Positions 18,123-26,894 of a DNA stretch of 64,000 bases are shown here, in pieces (positions within the stretch are counted from its first letter, which is position 1; each line of letters opens with the position of its first letter). Origin of the DNA: Oscillospiraceae bacterium. GTDB lineage: Bacteria; Bacillota; Clostridia; Oscillospirales; Ruminococcaceae. Where the stretch lies: contig JAAVID010000003.1 of the NCBI GenBank assembly GCA_014799395.1, positions 63,105 through 127,104 of the forward strand. The letters run 5' to 3'. Under the pieces are notes generated by a model. It saw nothing but the letters and a program-made list of their open reading frames with translations. It ran no database searches and had not been told where the DNA came from. A program made the translations under genes and the position numbers.

Positions 18123-19715
18123 TCAAAACGTAATAAGCCCGCGCTCATCATAAACGCTATTCTCGGCGACTCCTCCGCATTTCAGCGCCCTGTCAAGCGC
18201 CATTACCGTCGCGACAGCTCCGTCGATCTTCTCGGTGGATTTCTCCTTATCGGGCTTGATATTGCCCGCGGGGTCCTTACGGATACAAATATTATCCATA
18301 TTCCAGCGGAGAATAGGGTGTCCGCCGTGCGCGAGCCGTTGGCTCAACGCAAGATTCATAAGTTCCTTTGTCGGCGGCGACATATCCTTGAAGCCCTGAC
18401 CGAAACGAATAACGGTAAAACCGAGTTTTTCAAGATTCTGAACAACGTGCTCTGCGCCCCAGCGGTCAAACGCTATCTCGCGGATATTGTACTTTTGCCC
18501 GAGTTCTTCAATGAATTTCTCTATGTACTCATAGTGAATTACATTGCCCTCCGTCACCTGCAAAAAGCCCTGTCGCGCCCATAGGTCATAAGGAACATGA
18601 TCGCGCCGCACTCTAAGGTCAAGCGTTTCCTCGGGAACCCAGAAAAACGGCAGTATCTGATACTTGTCGTCCTCGTCCTCGGGAGAAAACACCAGCACAA
18701 AAGACGTAAGGTCGGTCGTCGTCGAGAGATCAAGCCCGCCGTAGCACGCCCGACCCTCAAGATTTTTGCAATCGATTGCAAAAGCACATTTATCCCAGAT
18801 CTCCATCGGCATCCAGCGAACCGCTTGCTTGACCCACTGATTAAGTCGGAGCTGACGGAATGCGTTTTCTTCACTCGGCTGTTGCCGCGCCGATTCATAA
18901 GCCGCTCGGACCTTATCGATATTGATTGTCTTTCCGAGCGAGGGATTAGCCTTTTTCCAGACTTTCGGGTCGGACCAGTCGTCGTTTTCGTCCGCGCCGT
19001 AAATTACGGGATAAAACGTCGGGTCGATTTTCCGACCCGCGATTATATCCTTAGCCTTTTGATGAACCTCGTAGCAAATGCTGTTGGTATTGTCGCCGGC
19101 GGTGGTTATCAAAAAGAAAAGCGGCTGCATACGCGCGTCGCCCGAGCCCTTTGTCATTACGTCGTACAGCTTGCGGTTCGGTTGAGCGTGAAGCTCGTCG
19201 AATACTACGCCGTGAACGTTGTAGCCGTGCTTACTCGCGACCTCCGATGAAACGACCTGATAGAAGCTGTTTGTCGGCTTATATGTGATCCTCTTTTTGC
19301 TGTCCGAGATAATACAGCGCTTTTTCAGCGCGGGGCAAAGATTTACCATTTCTTTCGCGACGTCAAAGACTATCGCGGCCTGCGCTCTGTCTGCGGCGCA
19401 GCCGTAGATCTCCGCGCCCTGTTCGCCGTCGCCGCAAAGCAGCAGCAAAGCAATGGCCGCCGCGATCTCGGATTTACCGTTCTTTTTCGGTATCTCGACA
19501 TAAGCGAAATTGAACTGCCTGTATCCGTCCTTTTTTACAACGCCGAAAATATCGCGGATTATCTGTTCCTGCCAATCGAGGAGCTTAAAATGCTTTCCGT
19601 ACCATATACCCTTGGTATGGCAGAGATTTTCAATGAATTCAACGGCAAAATCGGCTTTTTCCTTGTCGTACACCGATGATTTGAGTTTGAATTTAGTCGG
19701 CTTATACTTTGCCAT
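18123..19715 (-). CDS. terL: Terminase large subunit
   Basis: Walker A IPKKNGKS, Walker B VVFDELH, GGLDLS, IAFDRWG, KIDGAVA. Confidence 0.97.
   Translation of the reverse strand: MAKYKPTKFKLKSSVYDKEKADFAVEFIENLCHTKGIWYGKHFKLLDWQEQIIRDIFGVVKKDGYRQFNFAYVEIPKKNGKSEIAAAIALLLLCGDGEQGAEIYGCAADRAQAAIVFDVAKEMVNLCPALKKRCIISDSKKRITYKPTNSFYQVVSSEVASKHGYNVHGVVFDELHAQPNRKLYDVMTKGSGDARMQPLFFLITTAGDNTNSICYEVHQKAKDIIAGRKIDPTFYPVIYGADENDDWSDPKVWKKANPSLGKTINIDKVRAAYESARQQPSEENAFRQLRLNQWVKQAVRWMPMEIWDKCAFAIDCKNLEGRACYGGLDLSTTTDLTSFVLVFSPEDEDDKYQILPFFWVPEETLDLRVRRDHVPYDLWARQGFLQVTEGNVIHYEYIEKFIEELGQKYNIREIAFDRWGAEHVVQNLEKLGFTVIRFGQGFKDMSPPTKELMNLALSQRLAHGGHPILRWNMDNICIRKDPAGNIKPDKEKSTEKIDGAVATVMALDRALKCGGVAENSVYDERGLITF
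18766..18781. promoter_or_regulatory. Palindrome TTGCAATCGATTGCAA copy 1 (inside terL)
   Basis: Perfect palindrome, 20 bp with flanks. Confidence 0.7.
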
Positions 19716-19754
19716 TTCGTCACCACCGTAAATCTCCTTTCCGCGAATATAAAA

Positions 19755-19771
19755 GCCGCTCAAAAAGCGGC
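19755..19771 (-). terminator. Terminator-like hairpin just upstream of terL
   Basis: - strand GCCGCTTTTTGAGCGGC followed by TTTTAT. Confidence 0.55.
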
Positions 19772-19918
19772 ATAAACTGTACGACAGACCGCACGGAGCG
19801 CGGCGGTTATTCAGACAATATCAATAGTTGGCTCTGTGTCCGTTCCGCACTCCGAACGGCTGCGGTCTGTACCCGCAAACGCGGATACACAGCGCGGCCG
19901 TTCAAGCCGTCCTGATTT

Positions 19919-19934
19919 TTGCAATTGATTGCAA
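19919..19934. promoter_or_regulatory. Palindrome copy 2 (TTGCAATTGATTGCAA), intergenic upstream of terL
   Basis: Direct sequence match. Confidence 0.7.
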
Positions 19935-19942
19935 AACCGATT

Positions 19943-20152
19943 TTATTTCGTCCTCAGATGTATGATCTGCTGTAATTTGTTGTGAATAGTCTCCGCCTGG
20001 GATTTCCAGCGCTCGATCATCTCGATATGTACCGTAGTTTCGGTATCGATCTTGCCTTTGCGCAGTTCCTCAATCTGCAAGCCGTATGAATACGCCTGCT
20101 TGACCGCTAACGTATCAAGCGCTATTATTTCCTCGTCCGTGAATTCGGGCAT
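19943..20152 (-). CDS. Hypothetical protein
   Basis: ORF track, coupled to VRR-NUC gene. Confidence 0.65.
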   Translation of the reverse strand: MPEFTDEEIIALDTLAVKQAYSYGLQIEELRKGKIDTETTVHIEMIERWKSQAETIHNKLQQIIHLRTK

Positions 20153-20514
20153 TACAATTTTCCCTCCAGATAGTTTATAATATCGCGCCGCGCCTCGTCA
20201 AAGCCAAAGCATATACACGCCGCGTAACCTCTCGCCTCCAGAACCGAAAGCCATTTCGCCTGATTATCTGTGGGCTTGCCCTTTGGTGCTTTCAGCTCGA
20301 TAAACAGTCCGTGAAATCCGCCGCGAGGAACAGGAAGAAACAGATCGGGAACTCCCGGCTTTACTCCCATGCGCTTAAACCTAGCCGCCTCGCGCGCGTC
20401 ACGCTTTCCGCCGTTTGGGATATGAAAGAGCGACATCAGCTCGGGATATTTGCCCGACTGCATTGCCGCCCAATCAAAAAGATGTATCTGCTCGGTGTCC
20501 TCAATATGGTTCAT
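20152..20514 (-). CDS. VRR-NUC domain nuclease
   Basis: HIPNGG.R..GVKPGVPDL..FIELK..QAKW. Confidence 0.92.
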   Translation of the reverse strand: MNHIEDTEQIHLFDWAAMQSGKYPELMSLFHIPNGGKRDAREAARFKRMGVKPGVPDLFLPVPRGGFHGLFIELKAPKGKPTDNQAKWLSVLEARGYAACICFGFDEARRDIINYLEGKL

Positions 20515-20723
20515 TATTCTGCACCTCTTACATTATCTTTAAAGCGCGCCAAATTCCCACAGCAAGGACACTTGCTATAAAAACATATGGAGCAATTTTC
20601 CATATAGGGATCGTACTCGCCCTTATCGGCTTCAAAAACACAGCCGCACTTGTCGCATTCAAAACGCTTTAAGCAACTTACCGGCTTAAGTCTGTTAAGG
20701 TCTCCCTCTTTGATAATTGTCAT
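20514..20723 (-). CDS. Small Zn-ribbon protein
   Basis: CDKCGC and CPCCG pairs. Confidence 0.7.
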   Translation of the reverse strand: MTIIKEGDLNRLKPVSCLKRFECDKCGCVFEADKGEYDPYMENCSICFYSKCPCCGNLARFKDNVRGAE

Positions 20724-21181
20724 GTCGCACAACCTCCATAGCAATTAAACGGCGATCCCATTACCAAACCCCACGAACCAAGCCCCATTCTGTTCATTAT
20801 AATGCGGTGCAGTTTTGCTATAACGCTTTGAACCGTTTCGTCATTACGACATGAATTATTCGATTGAGTAAAAAGACTTAATCCGTATGCCGATAAAGCT
20901 GTATAGAGTGTTTTCATCTCCTCGTCTGAGAACTCGTAACCGCCGCCCATCTCCGAAACAGCTTTTGCAACAACCTCACGCGCACTGAGAACCTTCGATT
21001 TAAGCGCGTCTAAGTTTTCAAGGTTCTCATCAAGAGCATTCAATACCGCACGCCGTTCTTTTTCTACGAGAACAAACTTTTCGTTTGTCTCCTCAATCCG
21101 CTTGGCCTGTTCGTCGGTGACCTCCACCTCGTAGATCACACCGTTAAGCTTTAATGCTGCTTTCATTTGCATATCCTCCAA
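20720..21181 (-). CDS. Hypothetical protein
   Basis: ORF track; GGAGG RBS. Confidence 0.65.
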   Translation of the reverse strand: MEDMQMKAALKLNGVIYEVEVTDEQAKRIEETNEKFVLVEKERRAVLNALDENLENLDALKSKVLSAREVVAKAVSEMGGGYEFSDEEMKTLYTALSAYGLSLFTQSNNSCRNDETVQSVIAKLHRIIMNRMGLGSWGLVMGSPFNCYGGCAT

Positions 21182-21199
21182 ATTTATTTGATGTAACCG

Positions 21200-21484
21200 C
21201 TATCTCTTATCAACATAATCCCTTACTATTGCAGTTACTTCGGATCTGTCGATAAATTTATCACAATCCTTACACGGGCAATGTCCGAGCCCCTTGTTGA
21301 AATAGGAGCAAGTCGGAACGTGAGCGCCCATATCCGGAATGCTTTCAAAGAAATAGCAATTTTCTTTGTGTTCCTGAATCAAATTCCCGAAACAAGCCCC
21401 ACAGCCGGGAATATATTCACCAACCGCGGACGGATAGCGAATCTTATCGACAGGCAATACGCCTTTCACAAAATTGTCCATCAC
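21200..21484 (-). CDS. Cys-rich hypothetical protein
   Basis: ORF track; GAGG RBS. Confidence 0.65.
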   Translation of the reverse strand: MMDNFVKGVLPVDKIRYPSAVGEYIPGCGACFGNLIQEHKENCYFFESIPDMGAHVPTCSYFNKGLGHCPCKDCDKFIDRSEVTAIVRDYVDKR

Positions 21485-21501
21485 ATTACCTCACTTATTA
21501 T

Positions 21502-23028
21502 TCATATGTTCATATCGCTTACATCGATTTTTCCGCTCATAAGGTCTGGGAGCATTGCGTCGCGCAATTCTGCCAAAAGGCGGTTTTCTTCGGAGTTTAA
21601 ATATGAAATATGCTGCTCCCACATCAACAAGAAAAAATTGATAATGTTGGACAAGATTTCCTTGTCTTGATTTTCAATTTTAAACTCATTTTTGTTTTTT
21701 GATAACGTTATATACCGTCGGCTTTCATATTTTCCTCCCAAAATTTCAAACGTTTTGTTAAGATCAATATCGCTCGCCTTTTCCTCTTGAGATACCAGTT
21801 TGTCTAATTTGAGGCTCTTTGCCAGCGTTTCGTTACAAGTGATCTTAATTACACTGCGCTCTCTGGAAATACGGTTAATATCCGCCATAATATCCTCATA
21901 TGGGCGGTGTTGAGCCTCACGTCGCTCAAATTTAATATATCTTGACGGAACCAATATGTATTCTTTTTCAGCAATTTCTTCCGTGTTCACCTCGCGGGAA
22001 AACTCGGCAATATCCTCGCACTCGCCGCATACGCTTTCAATCACATCATCGGGAAGAATGTTGACGGTCTTGTGATACGTCCTGTTCTCGTGGCTAGCGC
22101 CTCCGAACTGCCCGTTTTGATCGCGCTGCTCTTGTACCGCTTTGCGGCGGCAATCGTAAAATTTTACTGTTTTGTTGCTGGCAGAGAACACAATAATGCA
22201 AGTCGGAATAGATGTCGCCTCAAACATCTTATCGGGGAGAGTTATAACGCGCTCGATCATACCCGAATTTATCAGATGTTCACGCATATCTTTCTCAACA
22301 TCAGATGACAAAACCCCGTTCGGGAGCACAAATGCACACCGCCCGTCCTGTTTCATTCTGCTAAGAGCAGTCAGAACAAACGCGAAATTAGCATTCGAGC
22401 TCGGCGGAATAGGTTTGCCTTGAAATCTTTCATCAGCCAACAGCGGCGCGGGAGCTTCCCACTTGATGTTATAAGGCGGGTTTGAAACAACTTCGTCCGC
22501 CACAATATCGGGAACGTTGTTAATTACTGAAATATCCGAAAAATTTTCACCGCTTATGAGTCGATAACACTTAACGATTTCCAATGTCAGCGCATTTCGA
22601 TTTATAACATAGCCTGAAATGTTGCGAACCGCCAAATTGAAAAGCAATATCGGTATTACTCTATCGTCAAGCTCCTCGCAAATAAAGGTTTTTGCTTTAT
22701 TTTCTACCCACTTCTGAATTGTCAGTGCTCCGCTCCCAGCACAAAGATCATATACGGTATCGCAATTTGTCCGCGTTTGCGCAGCGCATAACTTGGCAAT
22801 GCTCTTTGGCGTATAATCTTGACATTTCTCTTTTCGGTCTGCATAATGATATTGGAAAATCTTTTGCAGATTATCGGTTAATAAATCGCCGCCTACTAAC
22901 TCCACATAAGCGGACAGAATGTCATTTTTACGCTCTGAAAACAGTATATTCCCGATAGATTCAAACAAATTATCCTTTTCTGCGCCAATAAGGTTTAAAA
23001 AAGAATTTGTTAATTTAGACAATTCCAC
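21502..23028 (-). CDS. Orphan N6-adenine DNA methyltransferase (HsdM-like)
   Basis: QDYTP, YDLCAGSGAL (SAM binding), VVSNPPY (catalytic), FVLPNGVL. Confidence 0.92.
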   Translation of the reverse strand: MELSKLTNSFLNLIGAEKDNLFESIGNILFSERKNDILSAYVELVGGDLLTDNLQKIFQYHYADRKEKCQDYTPKSIAKLCAAQTRTNCDTVYDLCAGSGALTIQKWVENKAKTFICEELDDRVIPILLFNLAVRNISGYVINRNALTLEIVKCYRLISGENFSDISVINNVPDIVADEVVSNPPYNIKWEAPAPLLADERFQGKPIPPSSNANFAFVLTALSRMKQDGRCAFVLPNGVLSSDVEKDMREHLINSGMIERVITLPDKMFEATSIPTCIIVFSASNKTVKFYDCRRKAVQEQRDQNGQFGGASHENRTYHKTVNILPDDVIESVCGECEDIAEFSREVNTEEIAEKEYILVPSRYIKFERREAQHRPYEDIMADINRISRERSVIKITCNETLAKSLKLDKLVSQEEKASDIDLNKTFEILGGKYESRRYITLSKNKNEFKIENQDKEILSNIINFFLLMWEQHISYLNSEENRLLAELRDAMLPDLMSGKIDVSDMNI

Positions 23029-23031
23029 AAT

Positions 23032-23907
23032 CTACCCTCCCCTTTGCTTAAGCAGCCGCTCCATAGGATCGTCCGAATTGCCGAGAACGCTCTCGCCGCA
23101 GCTTTCCTTGACGATCTGATATATCTGATACCAAATTTGATTGACTTGTTTCATATAATCCTGCGACATACGCACATACGGCGACGCCATTGCCTGCCCC
23201 GTCGTAGGGTGCTTGGCGAGAAATCCGCATTCGGATATCAACTCCTCTGTCTGTATCCAACGCGCTACCGACATAGCGTACTGTTCGACAAGTTGCTTTG
23301 AGACCGCACCATCGCATTTGATCTTTTTAAGCCATTTCATAGTCTGCGCAACGATACGATCCGCCTGTAAACTCTTACCGCATTGCTGCTGCGCCCGAAG
23401 AAACTCGTCAACGGGCGGAACGTCCGCCCCCACAAGCTCGGGAATATCATTATCCGCCGTATCAGCGGACTTTTTAACGCTTTTCCCAATCGCCGCCGAA
23501 GATACCGATTTCTCCTGCACCTTTCCCGCCGACTTTGCAGTCGAAGTCACCGACGATTTCGCTTTTGCCGCCGTTTTAGACCTTGAAGTGGATTTCGTTC
23601 CGGAAGATGTTGATTTTTCCTTGGTTTTTGACGTTGTTTTAGACTTTGAGGTCGTTTTCGAGGCGGTTTTCGGTGATTTTTTGCCCGTTTTGACCTCTTT
23701 TCCGGACGTTTTTGACCCCAAATCGGCACTTTTTGCGCACTTTTCGGCACTTTTTTTGCCGTTTTTGACCTCAAAATCGTCCTTTTCAGCGTCAAATTCT
23801 TCGTCAAAATTGATCAAAGGAGGCGCTTTTTTGGTTGTTTTCGGTCCAGAACCAATTCGCGCGCCGCCCCTTCTGGTGCCGTCTTTAGCCACTTTTTCTA
23901 CCCCCAT
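23032..23907 (-). CDS. terS: Terminase small subunit (P27-like) with long Lys/Ser/Thr-rich insertion
   Basis: AKDGTRRGGARIG N-terminus; YAMSVARWIQ.E, GFLAKHPTTG, DDPMERLL. Confidence 0.88.
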   Translation of the reverse strand: MGVEKVAKDGTRRGGARIGSGPKTTKKAPPLINFDEEFDAEKDDFEVKNGKKSAEKCAKSADLGSKTSGKEVKTGKKSPKTASKTTSKSKTTSKTKEKSTSSGTKSTSRSKTAAKAKSSVTSTAKSAGKVQEKSVSSAAIGKSVKKSADTADNDIPELVGADVPPVDEFLRAQQQCGKSLQADRIVAQTMKWLKKIKCDGAVSKQLVEQYAMSVARWIQTEELISECGFLAKHPTTGQAMASPYVRMSQDYMKQVNQIWYQIYQIVKESCGESVLGNSDDPMERLLKQRGG

Positions 23908-23929
23908 TCATACATCGGATAAAAAACAG

Positions 23930-24015
23930 GGGCATATACCCCCTTTGAACTTCCATTCACGCGCGTGAAGGGTTACGCCCGTTGCACGAGCAAGAGGGTC
24001 ACAGAGATTTAACCT
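23930..24015. other. Probable cos/packaging initiation region
   Basis: Between HNH and terS; GGGGAGGTTAAATCTCT..CAACGGGCG..CACGCGCGTGAA layout typical of HNH-P27 cos phages. Confidence 0.55.
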
Positions 24016-24368
24016 CCCCCTACCCCTCGCCGCAGACCCAGATGTATGCGGGAGTGGCACGCTTTACACAGCGCCATAAGATTACTTTCGGCATTTGTTC
24101 CGCCGTCCGTCAGCGGCACAATATGGTGTACGTGCTCGGCGGGTACCGCAAGCCCGCGGCGCAGACATTCCTCGCATAACGGGTGCGTGGAGATGTAACG
24201 CTTTCGTATCGCTCGCCATGCGGTACCGTAGCGCTTAGCTGTCGCGGGGTCACGCTTGGTTTGCTCGTACCGCTTGTTCATCAACCGCTCGTGTTCGTCA
24301 CAATATCTCCCGTTGGTCAGTCGCGGACAGCCCTGATACGCACACGGACGCTTTGCCTTATACGGCAT
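24009..24368 (-). CDS. HNH endonuclease (packaging-associated)
   Basis: HPLCEEC, HVHHIVPL..GGTN..NL..LCKACH. Confidence 0.93.
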   Translation of the reverse strand: MPYKAKRPCAYQGCPRLTNGRYCDEHERLMNKRYEQTKRDPATAKRYGTAWRAIRKRYISTHPLCEECLRRGLAVPAEHVHHIVPLTDGGTNAESNLMALCKACHSRIHLGLRRGVGGG

Positions 24369-24490
24369 TATGATCCCTCCAAACAAAAAGACCCGACGTC
24401 ATTGCCGAGCCTTTAAATTATTATCACAATTATATTGTACCATATCTCAATTGAGCATTCCGAGCAAACCGAGCAAGTTTTCAAAAAAAT

Positions 24491-24916
24491 TTATTCGTCA
24501 ATGTGTTTCTTGATGTACCGGGAGCACATGAAACGGACACTATCGAATGTGTTTCTGCCGCCGAGCTCGTCGGCGATCGTGCCCCAGTCCTTTCGGTCGT
24601 AAAAACGCTTTTCAAATATCATGCGCGTAAGGAGATCGTCAATGCTGTCGATATAAAGCTCGACGCGGGCTTTCTGACGCCTGTATTCGGCTCTCTGTGC
24701 GCGTATCTTGCCGTATTTCTCGATATTGTCTATGTACGCGTCCTCTATTCTGTTGCGGTGTGAGGGCGTGGAAACAACGCCGTCAAGTCTCGGCGAGCGA
24801 TACATTCCCGTTTCTATTTCTTTCAGTCTGTCGTCGCAGTCTTTTATAGCGACCTCAAGCAAATAGTAGCTGTTGAGCTCTTTATACTGTTTTTCATACA
24901 ATTCCTTACGCGTCAC
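24491..24916 (-). CDS. ArpU/RinA-like late transcription activator
   Basis: Last gene before packaging module; IFEKRFYDRKDWGTIADELGG C-terminal HTH. Confidence 0.75.
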   Translation of the reverse strand: MTRKELYEKQYKELNSYYLLEVAIKDCDDRLKEIETGMYRSPRLDGVVSTPSHRNRIEDAYIDNIEKYGKIRAQRAEYRRQKARVELYIDSIDDLLTRMIFEKRFYDRKDWGTIADELGGRNTFDSVRFMCSRYIKKHIDE

Positions 24917-24950
24917 TTCATTTTCCCCCTTGATTTTTTCCGTTGACCGC

Positions 24951-25052
24951 TTGACTTTTTCTCGGCAATGCGGTATAATAGGAGTGAGGGTAAGTCTCAT
25001 ATAATCCATATTTTCCTTTAGCCGCTCGACTGTTGCCGCAGTCGGGCGGTTT
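24951..25052 (+). promoter_or_regulatory. Antisense sigmaA promoter + hairpin unit A
   Basis: TTGACT-17-TATAAT (24951-24979); hairpin 25021-25049. Confidence 0.65.
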
Positions 25053-25072
25053 GTCTTATGAACATTTCTTGT

Positions 25073-25246
25073 TCAAACCTTAGTGCCCACATACCAGACA
25101 GTTAAAGAAGGGCTTGCAATTCCAAGAACCACATGAAAAAAGCTCTCATATATCGAGTCAATACGACCGTCTTTTTTTCTTATGCGCGCCCATTTTCTTT
25201 TTCGGCAGCCATCGAGCTTAACAAGCCTTAGCTTTGTTTTCTTCAT
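25073..25246 (-). CDS. Small basic hypothetical protein (57 aa)
   Basis: GGAGG RBS, hand-translated. Confidence 0.5.
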   Translation of the reverse strand: MKKTKLRLVKLDGCRKRKWARIRKKDGRIDSIYESFFHVVLGIASPSLTVWYVGTKV

Positions 25247-25258
25247 AATCCGCCTCCG

Positions 25259-26182
25259 TCAGCTTATATCCACTATCGGAGTTCCCGAGCCCTGATATTT
25301 GGGGAGCTCACCGTTCCAGTTCTCGTACTTGATCTTTTCGATCAGCTCGGGAGTGAGCGACTGCGCGATCTTTCTGTTTGCCTCTGCCTCGGCATCGGCG
25401 GCGATCTTCTTTGCGTCAGCCTCGCCCTGCGCCTTTATTTTCGCCTGCTCCGCCTGTATCTGCGCCGCCTCTTTGTTCTTCTCAGCCTCGATTATGGCGA
25501 CCTTCTTGTCCTTTTCGGCTTGCACGGTCGCGGTCTCCGCCTGGATATTCGCGAGTTCAAGCTCCTGCTGAGCCGTTACCTTACGCTGAATTGCGGCGGC
25601 GGTCTCGTCGTCAACGGAAATATCCGTGAAGTTTACCGTGTCGATCACAATGCCATACGGCTCGAATCTGTCCTTTAAGTAACTGTCAAGCGCGGCGTTG
25701 ATCTCCGTTCGCTTGTCGCCGAATATCTCCGTGACGGGATATTTCGCCGATACCTCCTGCGTCCAGGCTATTATTTTGGGCTTAATGAACGTGTCCTTGA
25801 CGTTCTCGCCCGATTTGCCCTTGAACTGTACAAACGTATCGGTAACGCGGTCGGGATCGAACCTGTACGAGAACTCCAGATTTACCTTGACGGTCTTCCC
25901 GTCGGAGGTGGGAATGTTGAAACTTTCGTCATTTTTGGAGTCGCCCTTGTCTTCGGCAGTCAGATAAGACTGCTCTATCCCGATAGAATATACGGTCACT
26001 TTCTTTGTGGGCGCCGTGATATGCCAGCCCTGGGCGAGCGTTTCACCGTCAACGCCGCCCGACATATTGTAGACTACTCCCACATAGCCCGCGGGAATTC
26101 TTACCGCGCACATCGCGATAAGAATTATCACCAGAACCATTGCCACTCCGAGCGTTATAGCTCCTATCAAACCTTTTTTCAT
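25259..26182 (-). CDS. SPFH/prohibitin (band 7) family protein
   Basis: TM, RIPAGYVGVVY, AAIQRKVTAQQE, AEA repeats, KWNGELP-like tail. Confidence 0.92.
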   Translation of the reverse strand: MKKGLIGAITLGVAMVLVIILIAMCAVRIPAGYVGVVYNMSGGVDGETLAQGWHITAPTKKVTVYSIGIEQSYLTAEDKGDSKNDESFNIPTSDGKTVKVNLEFSYRFDPDRVTDTFVQFKGKSGENVKDTFIKPKIIAWTQEVSAKYPVTEIFGDKRTEINAALDSYLKDRFEPYGIVIDTVNFTDISVDDETAAAIQRKVTAQQELELANIQAETATVQAEKDKKVAIIEAEKNKEAAQIQAEQAKIKAQGEADAKKIAADAEAEANRKIAQSLTPELIEKIKYENWNGELPKYQGSGTPIVDIS

Positions 26183-26355
26183 TACTTGTCCTCACTTTCA
26201 TTTTTTGTTGTATTGTCACTGTCCTGTTCCATTTGGTTCATTGCGTCCGTATAGATTCGGTACACAAATTTGCCTAACGGAATAAAAACAAATGATAACA
26301 AAAACCATAATACGACCGCTCCTAAGAGAACCAATATCACAAATGCAGGGTTCAT
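26182..26355 (-). CDS. Small membrane protein coupled to SPFH gene
   Basis: MNPAFVILVLLGAVVLWFLLSF TM helix; stop/start overlap. Confidence 0.75.
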   Translation of the reverse strand: MNPAFVILVLLGAVVLWFLLSFVFIPLGKFVYRIYTDAMNQMEQDSDNTTKNESEDK

Positions 26356-26894
26356 TGCGCCTCTCCTTTTATGTCGACTGTATAAACATTCCAACCTTTT
26401 ACACTGCTGCGTTTAGCGTGTATATCCGAGGCGGGATAATGCTTTCTGATCCTTGATAAATGCACTTCTGCACCATCATAACCTGGAGGATCGTAGAATG
26501 TGTACTCCCAGACCCCGTCACTTCGGCGTTTGTAGATAGTTGCGTCGCAGTGTCTGCAAATCGCCGTGCGCGTGTGTTCTGTGCCGTTCAATTCCATAAA
26601 GAATATTTCGTCGTTCCTGCCGCAAAAGGGGCATTTCGAGAGGTTATCTTTCCCTTTCGTCAGCCGCTCCAGAAGATTTCCTATCTCGGTATCGCACCGA
26701 GGGCAGATATTCAGTATATCGTTGCTCTTGCCCAGATTAGCGCCATATAGATGGAACCGTCCGCCGCAATAGCTGCCTTTAAAAATCGCGGGGTCGGGCT
26801 CCATGTAGGGAACTTCGTATGTATACTCGTCGCCGCATATATCGCACTTTTGTGTACACTTTACGCTGTCAAACATATCGGTCTCCTTTCTCAC
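26352..26894 (-). CDS. Hypothetical protein with several CxxC motifs
   Basis: CDIC, CPRC, CPFC, CRHC. Confidence 0.7.
   Translation of the reverse strand: MRKETDMFDSVKCTQKCDICGDEYTYEVPYMEPDPAIFKGSYCGGRFHLYGANLGKSNDILNICPRCDTEIGNLLERLTKGKDNLSKCPFCGRNDEIFFMELNGTEHTRTAICRHCDATIYKRRSDGVWEYTFYDPPGYDGAEVHLSRIRKHYPASDIHAKRSSVKGWNVYTVDIKGEAQ

Noticed and set aside
19755-19916. tRNA or known ribozyme
   Set aside because: No cloverleaf/TTC arm and no hammerhead or HDV core recognised; kept only as an unnamed structured leader.
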